A model generated the notes under the pieces. The model saw only the letters and a list, made by a program, of their open reading frames with translations, was not told the origin of the DNA and made no database searches. From assembly GCF_963853765.1 (NCBI RefSeq), contig NC_088858.1, positions 39,060,001 to 39,124,000 on the forward strand: DNA of 64,000 bases. Direction: 5' to 3'. A program made the position numbers and the translations under genes. Of this stretch, positions 1-16,377 are shown one piece after another (the stretch's first letter is position 1; the number at the start of each line of letters is the position of its first letter). This stretch comes from Magallana gigas. Lineage: Eukaryota.

Positions 1-596
1 AAGGAGTAAGTGATTACCGTGCTAACTGTGGGTTTTAAACTGGGTTTTCCAAAGGAAAAATCCTGTTATTGAAATGTTGAAAATGGCAAGCAATTGGGCG
101 GACGGGCAGGCGGTTGCCAAAAGGGTACACTTATTGTACAGATAACTCCTCCTACAGTTTCAAGTTAGGAAGTTATTGTTTTGTATATCAGTTGTTCATA
201 TATCAGAGATGTTCATATTTGATTTTTGATAATCTATGGGGAAAAAACAGCTATTGAAGTTAGTCATTTTTTTGCATAACATTGCATATAGGGTACCATA
301 ATTGAACGGATAACTCCTCCTACAGTTTCAAGTTAGGAAGTTATTGTTTTGTATATCAGTTGTTCATATATTAGAGATGTGCATATTACTTGAATTTAAA
401 TATTTGATAATTAATGAAAAAAATACCACCTGTTGAACTTTGTTATTTTTTGGCAAAATATTGCATATACCGGTAGTGTACCCCATTTCTCTGAATAGGT
501 AGTATTCATCAATTCAGGGTTGACAAATGGATTATGGATACTGTTCATTCAAACGAAAAGCTGGTTTGCTGTCACACTGACAGCTTTTCTCTTGTT
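1..596. mobile_element. Non-autonomous Helentron/Helitron-like element with a ~167-bp internal duplication
   Basis: GATAACTCCTCCTACAGTTTTCAAGTTAGGAAG... occurs at ~142 and ~309. A terminal hairpin AAAAGCTG...CAGCTTTT is followed by CTTGTTT. Family assignment is inference. Confidence 0.5.
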
Positions 597-921
597 TCTC
601 TTATATATTGATTAAGGACATTTATATACCTGGTATATGGGTAGCCAAGGAAGAGATTTTAATCCCTTTACAGTTATTTGAAATAATTTATAGCTGAAAT
701 TTATAAAGGGGTATCCATTTTTAAATTTCAGCTATAAATAATTTCAAGTTTAAAGCATTTTACTAGAAATGACATAGATACATGTACATCAGATACAATG
801 TATTTGAAAAGGAGATAATTTTCAAAAGTTAAATTTTTTTTACAATGTGTCCAGTTTTCTTTGCTGCAAATCAAAGCTACATGTATATCTACATGTATAA
901 ATATCTGTTGTTTCTCTTTAG

Positions 922-3374
922 GGAACAGGTTGGTGGAAACATGAGTTTTGTTTTGGAAAGTATGCAAGACAGTTTCATGATGTAAGTTTTGAATTAACAA
1001 TTTAATGTGCACATTTTAATGTATTCATTTTTAGCTCAAAGGATCAAGTGAGCTTTTCTGATAAAGATTTGTCCCTTGTCTGTCGTTGTTGTTGTCATTG
1101 TTAAAAACTCTGCACATTTTCATCTTCGTCTCCAGAACCACTTGGCTGATTTCAAATAAACTTGGCATAAAGCATCACTAAGTGAATGGGATTCAAGTTT
1201 GTTCAAATAAAGGGCCGCACCCTCTTTAAATGGGAAATGATTTAGAATTATTGAAAAATTGTTGTTATTTTAAATTTTTTTTCTCAAAAAACTATTTGGC
1301 AATGAAAACTCAAATTGGTGTTGAAGCATTCTCAGGTAGTGTAGAATAAGTTTGTTCAAATCATGTTCCCCCCGGGCAGGGTGGGGCCACAATGGGGGGG
1401 GGGGATGAAGTTTTACATTGTAATATATGGAGAAAATCTTTTTAAAATCTTCTTAAAAAACCATTTGGCTAGAAAATTTGTGTGGAAGCATTCTCAGGTA
1501 GTGTAGAATAAGTTTGTTCAAATCATGGTCCTGGGAGTTTCAAAACATGGTTCCTTGGGGTAGGGTTGGGCCACAATGAGGGAATGTAAAATTTATACAC
1601 ATGAAGATATAGAGAAAAATCTTTATAAAATCTTCTCGATTACCAATCGGCCCAAAAAACTGAAACTTCTGTAAAAGCACAGTGCACATCTAAGTTTGAT
1701 CAAACCATCATTCCCTGGATAAAAGTTGGACCATGAGGGGAGGGGGTGGGTGGGGGTTAAATAGGAATAGAGGAAGATCTCACAAATACTGAAACAACAA
1801 AAGGGGCTTGGTATTTACCATAAAGACATGTGGATAAAAAATGGCAGATTTTTAAAACTTTTTATGCAAGATCTACTGTACTTTATATAAAAGACTGATT
1901 TTATTCTTTACAATATAGGTGGGGTATTTTATCAAACCTGAATTTTGCAAAATAAAATGTAGTTTTGTTTAAATCAAGATAAATGAAGTCTATAACGGCT
2001 ATTTTTTTTTAAACAGGATCCAGAGGGGAGAACAGTTATTTACCTTGGACAATGGAATGAGAAGAATCATTTAGAATGGGTGTCAAAAAATCCTTCAAAG
2101 ATGCCTAAAGAAAAAGGCAAAAGGAAGTAAGGAACTTTTCAAATCTTCCGGCTTCATAAAAATACATATAGATATCTGTCCTACAGATACATTTATATGT
2201 GTATTTATTCTTTGGTTATCAAAGTTGTCTCTAAAAATTGAAGTAGAAGGGAGAAATAAAAAAGTAGAAGGGGTTCTGGGGGTCTAGCTTATAGCTAGAT
2301 TGTGTTTGAAATGCAATAATAGCCGGGTAATAACGTCACTTTGGGTGGGGAAATTCCCCGCCTCCCGGGTCTTAGAGACAACCCTGGGTTATATTGACTA
2401 TAATTAAGAAATAATGCTTGTTTTACAAGGATTGTATAGGTCTGTATAATACCAGAAAGATGTTTTCAGTACTAAATTTTAAATGTGCTGATACATGGTG
2501 TAATTTACTTCACAACTAGATCCCTATCTTTTCTGTATACTGATGGTGACCAGTGTGAGCTCACAGGGAAAAGACGAATAGCAGAAGTTAGATTAAAGTA
2601 AGTGGTCTTCTCTCTACAATATTATAATCATTCAATTATTGTCTTTTCTTTACAATATTATAATCATTCAATTATTGTCTTTTCTTTACAATATGTTAAT
2701 CATTCAATTATTGTCTTTTCTTTACAATATGTTAATCATTCAATTATTGTCTTTTCTTTACAATATGTTAATCATTCAATTATTGTCTTTTCTTTACAAT
2801 ATGTTAATTATTCAATTATTGTCTTTTCTTTACAATATGTTAATCATTCAATTATTGTCTTCTCTCTACAATTTGATAATCATTCAATTATTGAAATCCT
2901 CTCTCTTTAAAATTATTTCATTAATTTGAAAATATACTATTTACTTGTACTTTTAAAGAACATTGAAGATTTTAAAAAATAATGTTTGTAAAATGTTATT
3001 TCTGTTATAATTTGATAATATTTTAAGAACATGCACTAGTAAGATAAGAAATTTTATTACGAGGATTTTCTTTTTTCAGATGTGTAGAAAATAATGCATC
3101 ACCACATTCTGTATCTATATATCTCATTGAGCCTAAAACATGTGAATACATCATGGGAGTAAGTCAAATTTGTTTTATAAATAGAGTGCAATTTAGAACA
3201 AATCACTAGTAGTTTTTTTTGTTTTGAAGAATGAAAATATCAGAATTCAGCAGACTGTGAAACTGCAAACTTACATTTTCATTCTATTTCTATTTCCAGA
3301 TCGAGTCGCCATTATTTTGTTCAATTTTAGACAGAGCTGATGAATATGGTATTATAAAGGACACAAAAGTTTGA
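922..3374 (+). CDS. ERLEC1: Endoplasmic reticulum lectin 1 (XTP3-B), last five coding exons (second MRH domain); 5' part lies upstream of the window
   Basis: GT-AG exons 922-981, 2017-2126, 2520-2597, 3080-3158, 3300-3374 splice in frame to GTGWWKHEFCFGKYARQFHD-DPEGRTVIYLGQWN...YTDGDQCELTGKRRIAEVRLKC...SIYLIEPKTCEYIMGIESPLFCSILDRADEYGIIKDTKV*. This matches the recalled ERLEC1 C-terminal MRH domain (WWKYEFCYGK...[21 protein letters not shown]). Confidence 0.9.
1028..1740 (+). mobile_element. Helentron/pearl-like non-autonomous element carrying degenerate ~165-bp Cg170/HindIII-type satellite monomers, 3'-truncated
   Basis: Begins TTTTTAGCTC...CAAGTGAGCTTTTCTGAT, then GTCTGTCGTTGTT and CCAGAACCACTTGG...AAACTTGGC...GGGATTCAAGTTTGTTCAAAT. 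GAAGCATTCTCAGGTAGTGTAGAATAAGTTTGTTCAAATCATG repeats at ~1323 and ~1486. Confidence 0.65.
2605..2892. repeat. 36-bp minisatellite, 8 copies, in an ERLEC1 intron
   Basis: Unit GTCTTTTCTTTACAATATGTTAATCATTCAATTATT at 2605, 2641, 2677 ... 2857. Confidence 0.97.
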
Positions 3375-4818
3375 TAAGAACTTTGGAAAGAAATGAAATC
3401 CAGGAAGTCTTTCATGTGATACATGTGACTGTGTGTAAATGGTGGGTTGTCATGATTGCGGACTATTTGTTTTATCCTACTCACATAATGTTTCGAAGCT
3501 TCTGAGTAACGGTACTCTCTTTACATGGTTTATAGCTTTTATGATCGTGGGCGTAAACGAATGCTGTAATATTGAGATGTGTTAAGTTGTATGCAGCTTT
3601 CCTGTCAATACAGTCATTTGCAATGGACAAACAGAGGGTCGGTCATTTTTTTTACCTCTTTCATTGCAAGTCATAGCAAAGACAAATGAGCATATAGAAG
3701 CAAGGTTGGTCACACTTTATTTTAAAATGTCTAGTTCATTAAAGTATCGGTATACTGTAAGTTTTATTTGTAGTCAATGTACAAAAAGACAGGGAATTTA
3801 ATTTGATGGTAAATAAGATATTCTGTTTCTTGTTGACTGTTCAGATTTTATGTTGATTTGTGTTTAATATTTTCTTTTCCGGTACACAAACATTATTTAC
3901 TCTCGTCAGTTTTGATATTGGAACTATGCAAAGATTTTATATGTTGATGGTGCAATTTTATTGTTGTCAAGTATGCAGAGGATGTTCATATACATGAATC
4001 AATATTACTTATTAAAAAGTTTTAAAACAAGAAAACTAATGAACTTGTGCAGGTAATATAATCATTATCTTGTCTAAATTTGAAATTCATAAAGCGTTTT
4101 TCTTCAAATATTTTATACAGATTAACTCTCTCAGTAATAATAATTGTTGGCTATTCATGTACATGCACATACACCTCTACATACATTTTCTTGATTACAG
4201 TTTAATTTGTTGAATATCCAAAATAAAGATTCACTAAACCTATTGACCTTTCCTTTTTTGAATACACCAGTGGAAATCATCTTGAGACTTTTTAGCTCAC
4301 CTGGACTGAAGTCATTTAAGTTTATAAATTTGATATGTTGAGGCTTTGGATAATAGAGATTGATCAGTAACCACCAGTTGATGCAGATCTTAGAATTTGT
4401 CCAATAAAGTAGGCTTCTTTGTATGTATCATGTATTGTCAAATCTTGGAATATAAGAGAATAATCTGTGAGTTTTACATTTTTAAAGAGTTTCATATTTA
4501 AAAATTTCAATAGAGAATTATACAAGAACTGTGGGTCACTTGTTTCATTTAATGGTAAATAATGTTCAGGATAACCAAAAAAATAAAACACCAAAAAACT
4601 CCTAATTTTAAAGAATTTATTTTTGTATTATAAAACATTTGAACAATTACATGTCAAAAAATAATGCTTAACAACGTATGTTTATGTATCACATCACAAT
4701 GATTGTCATTTATGAGGTATGAAGTTGATCATCAGTCATCCAAATAAACTAAAACATGCCCTGTGTGATACTAAGTGGTGTGTCCCCTGGAGTATCATGG
4801 CTGGAGAGATGCACACTT

Positions 4819-8111
<3,293 letters not shown>

Positions 8112-8156
8112 TTTTATCGGTGAACTCTCCTTTTCACGGAGGTAGGAAAACAAAAG

Positions 8157-11100
8157 ATGGAAGCCAACGTGCCTCGAAAAAAATCACGCCTTGCTAAAAA
8201 CAAGAAAAAGGCATGGAGAAAAGTAGATATAACAGACGTAGAGGAATTTTTAGAAGATGAAAGACTCCAAGAAAGAACTGGGTAGGACTTTATGTGAATA
8301 CATGCGACATAATTGCTATTCCTAAACTAGTGTAAATTATACACACTAAGCCTGTTAACCAGAATTTCCTCGAGGAAACAGCTGGTTGTTTACAAATATG
8401 AGTAGTTAAAACATTGTAATCACATGTATTTAATCTTTCACAGGATACAGGATATGTGATGTGTATTGTTTTAGTTTTATACCATGTCATTAGCATGGAA
8501 TCCAATTCTTTATTGACTTGATCTGTTGATATTAATTAAAAGTACTCTTGGAATGGATTGCATTTGCTTTTAAAATGTCAGTATGATTTGTTTTCTATTA
8601 TTGATTGTATTTGACTAACAATCATATGTTGTATTACTCTCATTAAACAGTGGATTGGTTGCTGAAAAGCTAGATGCAGAACTTTTCACATTAGAGAGAA
8701 AAGCACCAGCAACTGCAACAGGTATTTTTTAGTACTAATTTTTTATCACTTCTTATCAAGATATATATTGTAGTACAGTATTTTTCATAAAATATGATGT
8801 GTTTTATTCAATTGAAATGAACTTTTTAAACTTTAGAAGAACCAGTTCCAAAAAAGAAAAGAAGGAAGGAACCCAAAGTGTTGAAATGTTACTCACATTT
8901 AATGCCAGATCCAAAGATCAAATTAGCCCGCAAGTAAGTCAAATCAATTTTAAAAATATATATATTAATATCTAAAATTAATGAAAGTACTATAAATCTG
9001 TGTTTCATTTCATAAATGGTAATATATGGTATATTGAACATACACTATTTGAAAAACAGAAAAAAGAAGCCATCACAAATAATTTACCGGTATTACAGTG
9101 AGCATTGCATGCATTGAGTGATCTTTTATTTTTCCATTGTGTGACATAGACCTCAGCCATCCAGAAAGGTCAAGGACAAACAAGCTCCACATATCAAAGA
9201 GAAAGTACTGAGTGGTGTGAAAACACAAAAAGAACTTAAAGCAGAGGATCAGAGAAAGCTAGTCCAGGAAAAGAGGCTGAAAAAGGACAGAACTAAGGGC
9301 TCCATAGTGGTTGCTTCTTACAACCTGTGGGACGGTGAGTGGCTTGTGTCACTTGAATTTGTAGCCAAAAAAATATTTGTGATTTATGCACAGATAAATA
9401 TTTATGTAGTAAACTAAGTCAACATACCCCTTTTACTTACATCTACAAGTAGGTGCCTCGGTCAACGTCCCTTGACATTTCTTATCAACCACAGCACCAT
9501 ATCTATACAACATTATTTCAATTTTAGCGTTTAGAAAGATGGTCAGTTGTACCCATTCACAATGAAAGCTTTTATCTATGCTTTACTCTGCTTTCTTTGT
9601 TATTGTTTAACATTTTGTATCCATTAAGACAACTACCGGTAAAATTTACAGTCTCTTGTTTTGATAATCACTGTAGAATTTTATATGTTGCAGATGAACC
9701 TAAGAAACCAGTGGACCCATTTGCAAAACCTTTAGTGAAAGTAGGAATTGCTTTTACATGTATTTAATTTGAACAATTGATGTATACAAGATCAATTCAT
9801 GAATATGGTTTTCATTTGTTAGTTATTTATTTGTATACATTAAAATAAGATAAAATGTCTTTGTGTCTGTAAATGTATAAACCGGTAAATAATACGTGTA
9901 GTTGCAAAGTTTACTGAATGGTAATTTGTGATAAAATAAAGTTTAATCTAAGGGATTTTTTTTGTTTTCCCTAGAGGCCAAAGAGGAAAGCCCCTTCAGA
10001 CCTGCCAGCAGTACAAGTTCCTCACCCTGGGGCTTCATATAATCCAGATTATGAAGATTATCAGGTAATCTCACAATAACTACTGCTGTATGTCAAGAAA
10101 GTTCTCTCAAAATATTTTGATAGAGTCAACTGCATTTATTTTAACTTAAGGTTACATTTGAGGAAGGATTGTTTTTTTATTTTGTTAGGAACTTTTGAGC
10201 AAAGCACATGAAGTTGAGGAAAAGAAGTTACTAGAGGAGAAGAAGTTACAGAAATTTGAGGAGGAGATAAAGAAAGTGGACCCAAAAACACTTGAGGTAT
10301 GTGTGTATGTATATATACACTCATGAATTTATTTTTTGCTAAAATAAGTAGGTACCCTGAAAACAAATTATTAATGGTAATTCTTCCATTAATAAAGTTT
10401 TTCTAAATTTTGTTACAAGGGGAAAAAACTCTCCTACTCTCCTTTTACTCCTTACTTTGGTTTCTTGTTATAGAGAACCTGGCTCTCAGAAATGTCTGAA
10501 GGCATCAAGGATAAGGAAGAATTGAAAGAAGAAGAGGAAGATGGAGATGATGCAATAAATGCAGAGGACCTAGACAGGATTTCTGTGAATCCGCCCGTAC
10601 GCAGGGAGTCCAAGAAGACAAGAACACAACGGAATAAAGAGAAAAAGAAAAAGATGCAGGTTTGTTGGGGGATTTGAAGATGGACATTGTTTGGAGTTTT
10701 TTTATTTTCTTATTTTTTGGTTATTCTATTGGTCAGATTATTCATGTAAACTATATGTTACAGGGAAAAGGTTTATACTGTACGTGTAAAGAATAATGGG
10801 CATACTTGAAGGTGTTGTGACTTTATCTACTGTTGGATCTAAAAATTTCATTTTTTTCCTCAGGAAAAATTAAAAGCCCAAGGAAAGATGGATAAAACCA
10901 AGGCAAATGAGATTTTCAGGTAATGATTATCATTGGCATTGTGAACAGTCAATGCAGTGTTTTTGTATTTCAATGAAATATGAAAACTTCTTTGGAAATG
11001 GTTTTATTTTTTTGGTCAATATGTAGCAACATGTAACTGTAGACTTTCCTTCTACTTTTCCAAATTTCATTGTAATGTTCTCCAGGTTGAAGTCAATGAA

Positions 11101-12526
11101 AGCAGAACTAGATGAAAGAGAGGCTGATCTCCAGAGGAAGGCCCAGGAGAGGAGGCAGAAATGGCAGTCTCAGGGTCTACAGACTCGCAAACTCGGCAGA
11201 CTCAAGTATCCTTGAATACTCTGACAGCATGTCTTCTGTTTTTAGATGACAGCAAATTTTCCCTCTAGCTAAAACAATATTTTCTATTATGGCAAAAGCA
11301 AAAGTATTGTAGCTTAAAGTAATTCTATTTATAGATAAGAGCAAGCTTTTGTTTGTCCTTAAAAGCAAATCTTCTACATGTACTTGCATCTTTGCTAGCT
11401 AAGTGTCCAAATCGTATCCCTTCACAGTGGAAACAAATCAGACACTTGGCCAACAATGATTTCTAGCTGTAGCTAAAAGCAAGTATTTTATTTTATTTTG
11501 CATAACATATTCACTTTGGTAGCAGGATACATCATCTGTTCTGCAATGTATTTATTTGACCTTCATATTTGCACACTTACAGTTAAATAAACACTTTCTG
11601 TGGAATCATTAGGTTTTGTGGTGGCTCAAATTTCGTGGAATTTATGGGGAACTCTCATACACGAATAAATATCCTCCACGAATTAATAAATTAGGGTTAT
11701 AAAGTAATATTTCTTTTTGTGGGTGTAAGATAATACACGAAATTCTGTCCCCACAAACCTCAAAAAAGTTCAGCAATCCACGAAAATTCGCCCACAAAAT
11801 TTGATGATTCCACAGTATTCCATATTCTTTTGTATGGTAAAGAACACACATTCTGAACTCTGTACATGTACAGTCTGTGCATCTGGCTTATTATTGTAAA
11901 CCCTGCATGACAACTGTTGATCCTATTTTGTGATGTTGTAATTTTTATTGTGAGAGACATGGGATAATCCTTAACACCATGTAGATTTGAGGAGCCTTTA
12001 CTGGAGATCAAGTTAAGTGGTGAATTAGAGGGATCACTAAGGAAACTTAAGGTAAACAAATACTTACTGGTACTAAAATTGTTATACAACTGTGATTCTT
12101 TTAATACATATATGTATATATACTTCAGCATCATAATTTTCTGTTTTGTTTATATGACTCATACCATATTTCAGCCTGAAGGAAATTTATTTGTTGACCG
12201 AATGAAGAGCTTTGAAAAGAGAAACATTATGGAACCCAGACAAGAGGCCAAGTAAGCTGACATTCATTTACTTCTGTCATTGAAATGTTCAGAATGTTGG
12301 TAGGATAGAAAAGTATTATAATATGAACAGTTTTTTCAGATTACATGTATGTAAATATACATATACCAGATGTAATATGCATGTTATCCACAAGAGTCAT
12401 TCAATGTTATACACTATTTAATTTATTCTCGTTAATCTTAACCATTATGGACAATATTTGTTTTTTTGCAGGAAATACAGAAAATACAAGAGAAAAACAG
12501 TCATTAAGAGAAGTCACAAAGTGTAG
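8157..12526 (+). CDS. NOP53: Ribosome biogenesis protein NOP53 (GLTSCR2/PICT1), multi-exon
   Basis: Exon 1 8157-8281 gives [42 protein letters not shown]. Later exons give [55 protein letters not shown]. Stop TAG at 12524-12526; an alternative last-exon usage is possible (see findings). Confidence 0.92.
11598..11815. mobile_element. MITE (CTGTGGAATCAT TIR family)
   Basis: 12-bp TIR CTGTGGAATCAT / ATGATTCCACAG; the interior shares AGCAATCCACGAAAATT with the copy at 61771-61993. Confidence 0.8.
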
Positions 12527-15500
12527 GTACAAATACTTTGGAATGTTTTTTGTATGTTTTTAACAATGAAATCCAGATGCTTTGAAATAAACTTACAAGA
12601 ATATTTTTTACCTGCTGTAATATATTAATGTAGAGAGGAATTGGTAACTATTAGCAATAAGATCTCTGTCTTTTTTTTCAGATGATGGAAGGTGCTGTTC
12701 TGTTGTATTCATTTGTTGATTAATTAAATCTTTTTTTAATTCAAACAATCTGTATTGTTCTTTTTACAAATATACCTGTATGTGATTGAGAAATCTGTTA
12801 ATACAAAGAAGCATTGTTATATGCTGCTTCTAACAAAGAGTTGTTTGGTAAAATGCATTCTAACTGCAATCAAAGTAATCAAATATTTCATTCAGACATA
12901 ATTATTCAATCAAGAAGTGTACGGAACTATATATAGGAAAAAATTGCTTTTAACAACCGATGTATGGTTTTATAACATTAATATATTCAATAACCATCAA
13001 AGACAGCAAAAAATTACAACTTCTAAATGTAATGCTGTCATTAAGAGCTTGAAGTCAAAGATCAATACTTTCAATCGATTTTTGTTTGGTTTATTCTATG
13101 TACTGTAACATAAGTATATTAACAAAATAAAAAAACATACAGAAAGTAATTCATTACAAAATACAAAACTCGACCAGACCTAGTATTAAGTAAAATTATA
13201 TAGGTATACAAAACACCAACAATAAGGTAGAAATATTAAGATCTATAGGCTTCATTACACAGGAATAGTTCACGCAACAGCATCAAGGTTAAGCATTCAA
13301 CATGCACACTTTTATCAGTTATGTACGAAACAAGTCCAATCCAATTCTTACCGGTAACATAACAAACAACTTTCTTGTACATAATAGATCTATACTAAGA
13401 TAGAAAATGTACCGGTATGTTTAGTTGTAAAAAATGAGCTCAAATTTTGCAAACCATTTGATGCTGGGGAAGGCATGCATGTTAGAATAGAAACAGTACT
13501 GTTAGAAAATATCCTCGTGTTATTTTGTGATTTTAGAAGTATTGCACTTGTACCTCAATTTCCTATAATGCTGATTTGATCATTGAGCTTAGAATGTACA
13601 TGAATATCTGAGAAAATGTTGCATGGGTGATGGAACTTGTTGGAAATCTCCAAGCCTAAAGCTCTTTATGTCATGCCCTGTTACAGCGAATTACAGAATA
13701 CCGGTAGAGTTTTCAATAGCTTGTTGGATTGCTCAATAGGGTATTCAATTTGGTCAGCAAGGTATCACATCAGGTTTAAATCTAGGTCCTGTGGTTACTC
13801 TAGTGTAGATTGTTATTTTGCACTCAACCCATTCATTTTACACAAAGAAAACCTCTAGAACACTCCCTCCTATTGTTAGCTATTCTATTCATAGAAAAGA
13901 ATGTTCACCTGGACAGCACTGGACTCTATAGAGCACCAATTCTGCTTGCATGGAGTAATTTGAATTTTGTTTTTCAAAAAATGTAATTCAAAAGGCAGTT
14001 CTGAAGAAACAAACAAAAGAGAAAAGCATAACTTAAAAAAGGAGGTATTTTTCACTGCAAAAAATCATTAAACATTTTGGTTCCCTGATTCCTGGTGCAT
14101 CTTACAGCACTAATAGTTTTTTTTGTGCTGACTGCTTAATTAGTTCAGACTTTTATAGCAGTAATGTAGGATAACAGAGAGAAACAAAAAGGCCCAAAAT
14201 GTGCAAATGTAAACCAGATTAACTCACTCTATTGCTGTCATACCTGAGTAATCACATGACCTAGATTTAAACCTAACGTGATACCTTGCTGACCAAATTG
14301 AATACTCTATTGATCAATCTAGCAAGCTATTGAAAACTCTACTGGTATTCTGTAATTCACTGTAATGCAGGTTATAATAGTATTATTATGTAGCCTAACA
14401 ATCTAAACACACTGTAAAGCACCAGTACAGCACAGGAAGATCTGTGTACTGTTAAAATTTGGAAGTCATATTTATAACTACAGTTATAAAAATTATTCAC
14501 AGCTATAATTTTACTTTATATCTACCATATCCTAACTCAAATCTTAGAGATTATTATTAGCTATTTTATATTTTTTCATTGCCTATGGCACCATGAACAA
14601 ATGGCTGTTGATGATGTAGAAGGCACAGCAATTAAAAAATTTAAGATTTGCGGATAAAAATATAATTATGGGGCATTTGTTTAATATCATGTAGCAAAAT
14701 GCTGCACTGATAGATGGTACATGTATAGTTTACAAGGCTATAGAGTTGTACATTTTTATAGGGAAAGATTTCTATGATTTACATCATCCTAAGAACTGAT
14801 GAATGTTGGTTCTTAAAATGTTCAATTGGGAGCACTGGGGGGATGGTTAAAATCAAGCAGCAAGCAGAAAAATAGATAAATTTCGGTAAACATTAATGTG
14901 TCACAAATTGTACCCATTTATACAAACTGGCTTGGAGGTCATATATAAGATCAGTATAAATGTACTAGTACAATGTATGTTTAATGGCAACACAACAGTT
15001 TAAAGAAATCAATTGAACGTGCACATAAACCATGAAAAAAGGAAAATTAATATCAACACAGTAATTAAGCTATAGAAAGAATAATAAATACTTGTTATCA
15101 TAAAAAATATGAAATATATGACACATTAAAGATATACTACTGTATGTATATTATATGATGTCTTCAGTTCATTCAGTAGAAATACAACATTGTAAATAAA
15201 CTCTGGCTGTCGTAACAAACATAAAATTGACCACTCTACAACATCTATCACAATTCAAGTTAATTAAACATCACCCAATCATACATGTATTAATTACATG
15301 TAAGGTATAGGAAAAACATGTACTTGGAGGTTTAGTTTAATACTTTTAAACTGATGTAGGGACACAAGGGGCTTAATTTAGTGTGAGAGTTGATCATATA
15401 TAAATTCAACCATTTCAGAGAATTTCAAAAATTTCAATACTATGTTCATGTCTAATATAATTTTGAGGGTTTGAAGCAAAGATCCTGACCAAAAGTATAA

Positions 15501-16377
15501 TGTATAATTTATATGATATTGTTGAATATTTTTTTTAAGGGGTATATCGGGGGGCAGAATACAAATTATTGAATATTAAGAATAATATTGCACATTGTGT
15601 ACAAAACTTATACATGTATTTACAAAACACATATTTACAGCACTATGTAATAAATATGTATGTATAAGTTATGGTTACATGTATTTATATTGAGCGACCT
15701 GTTGAATATAACTCATGCAAATTGAATAAATGTTGGTAATTTACATCAAATATATATATACATGTATATTTGTATATACATGTACAGGTATGATATATGT
15801 ATATGTACAGTAAATGTATGTGTTGTATGTGTATGAATGTTAAAAGGATATCAACCCTTGAATGAGTGTGTCAGTATTAAATGCACATACATGTAATGTC
15901 AACATGCAAGACTATAGTATAGAAATTGGAATGATGAATATTCATTTAGAGAATAATCAACTCTTGATCTTAAAAACTGAGGTATAATTTCTCACCATCT
16001 CCCAACAAAGAAAGTATAAGTTGAACTCAACTATACAATGCTTTACAAGCATTTGTCACAACATCAAAAGCCAAAAGAAACAGTTCCGCTATTACAAGTT
16101 TGACTTGCATTCTACAAAGGGACTATTTCTAATAATTACTCTAGAGCAAGTTCAAAAGAATTGCACAGTATGTCACTTTTTTTCAAGCTCACAGCACTTT
16201 CGGATTCTGTGGAAATGGAATTACATGGTAGTTATTACAGTAACATGTAAAACCAAAATGAAGGGAATTGATAATTGATTAATAATACAATCAATGTCCA
16301 CAGAGATCCAGTGTGGTTACTAGTCCACATTCTGGCTTTTCCTGTATGAAGTGAGAAGTCTCGGAATAAAGAATGAA

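Noticed and set aside
2602-2929. ORFs of 102 and 96 aa with a 12-aa repeat
   Set aside because: They are translations of the 36-bp intronic minisatellite (unit divisible by 3), with no real start context.
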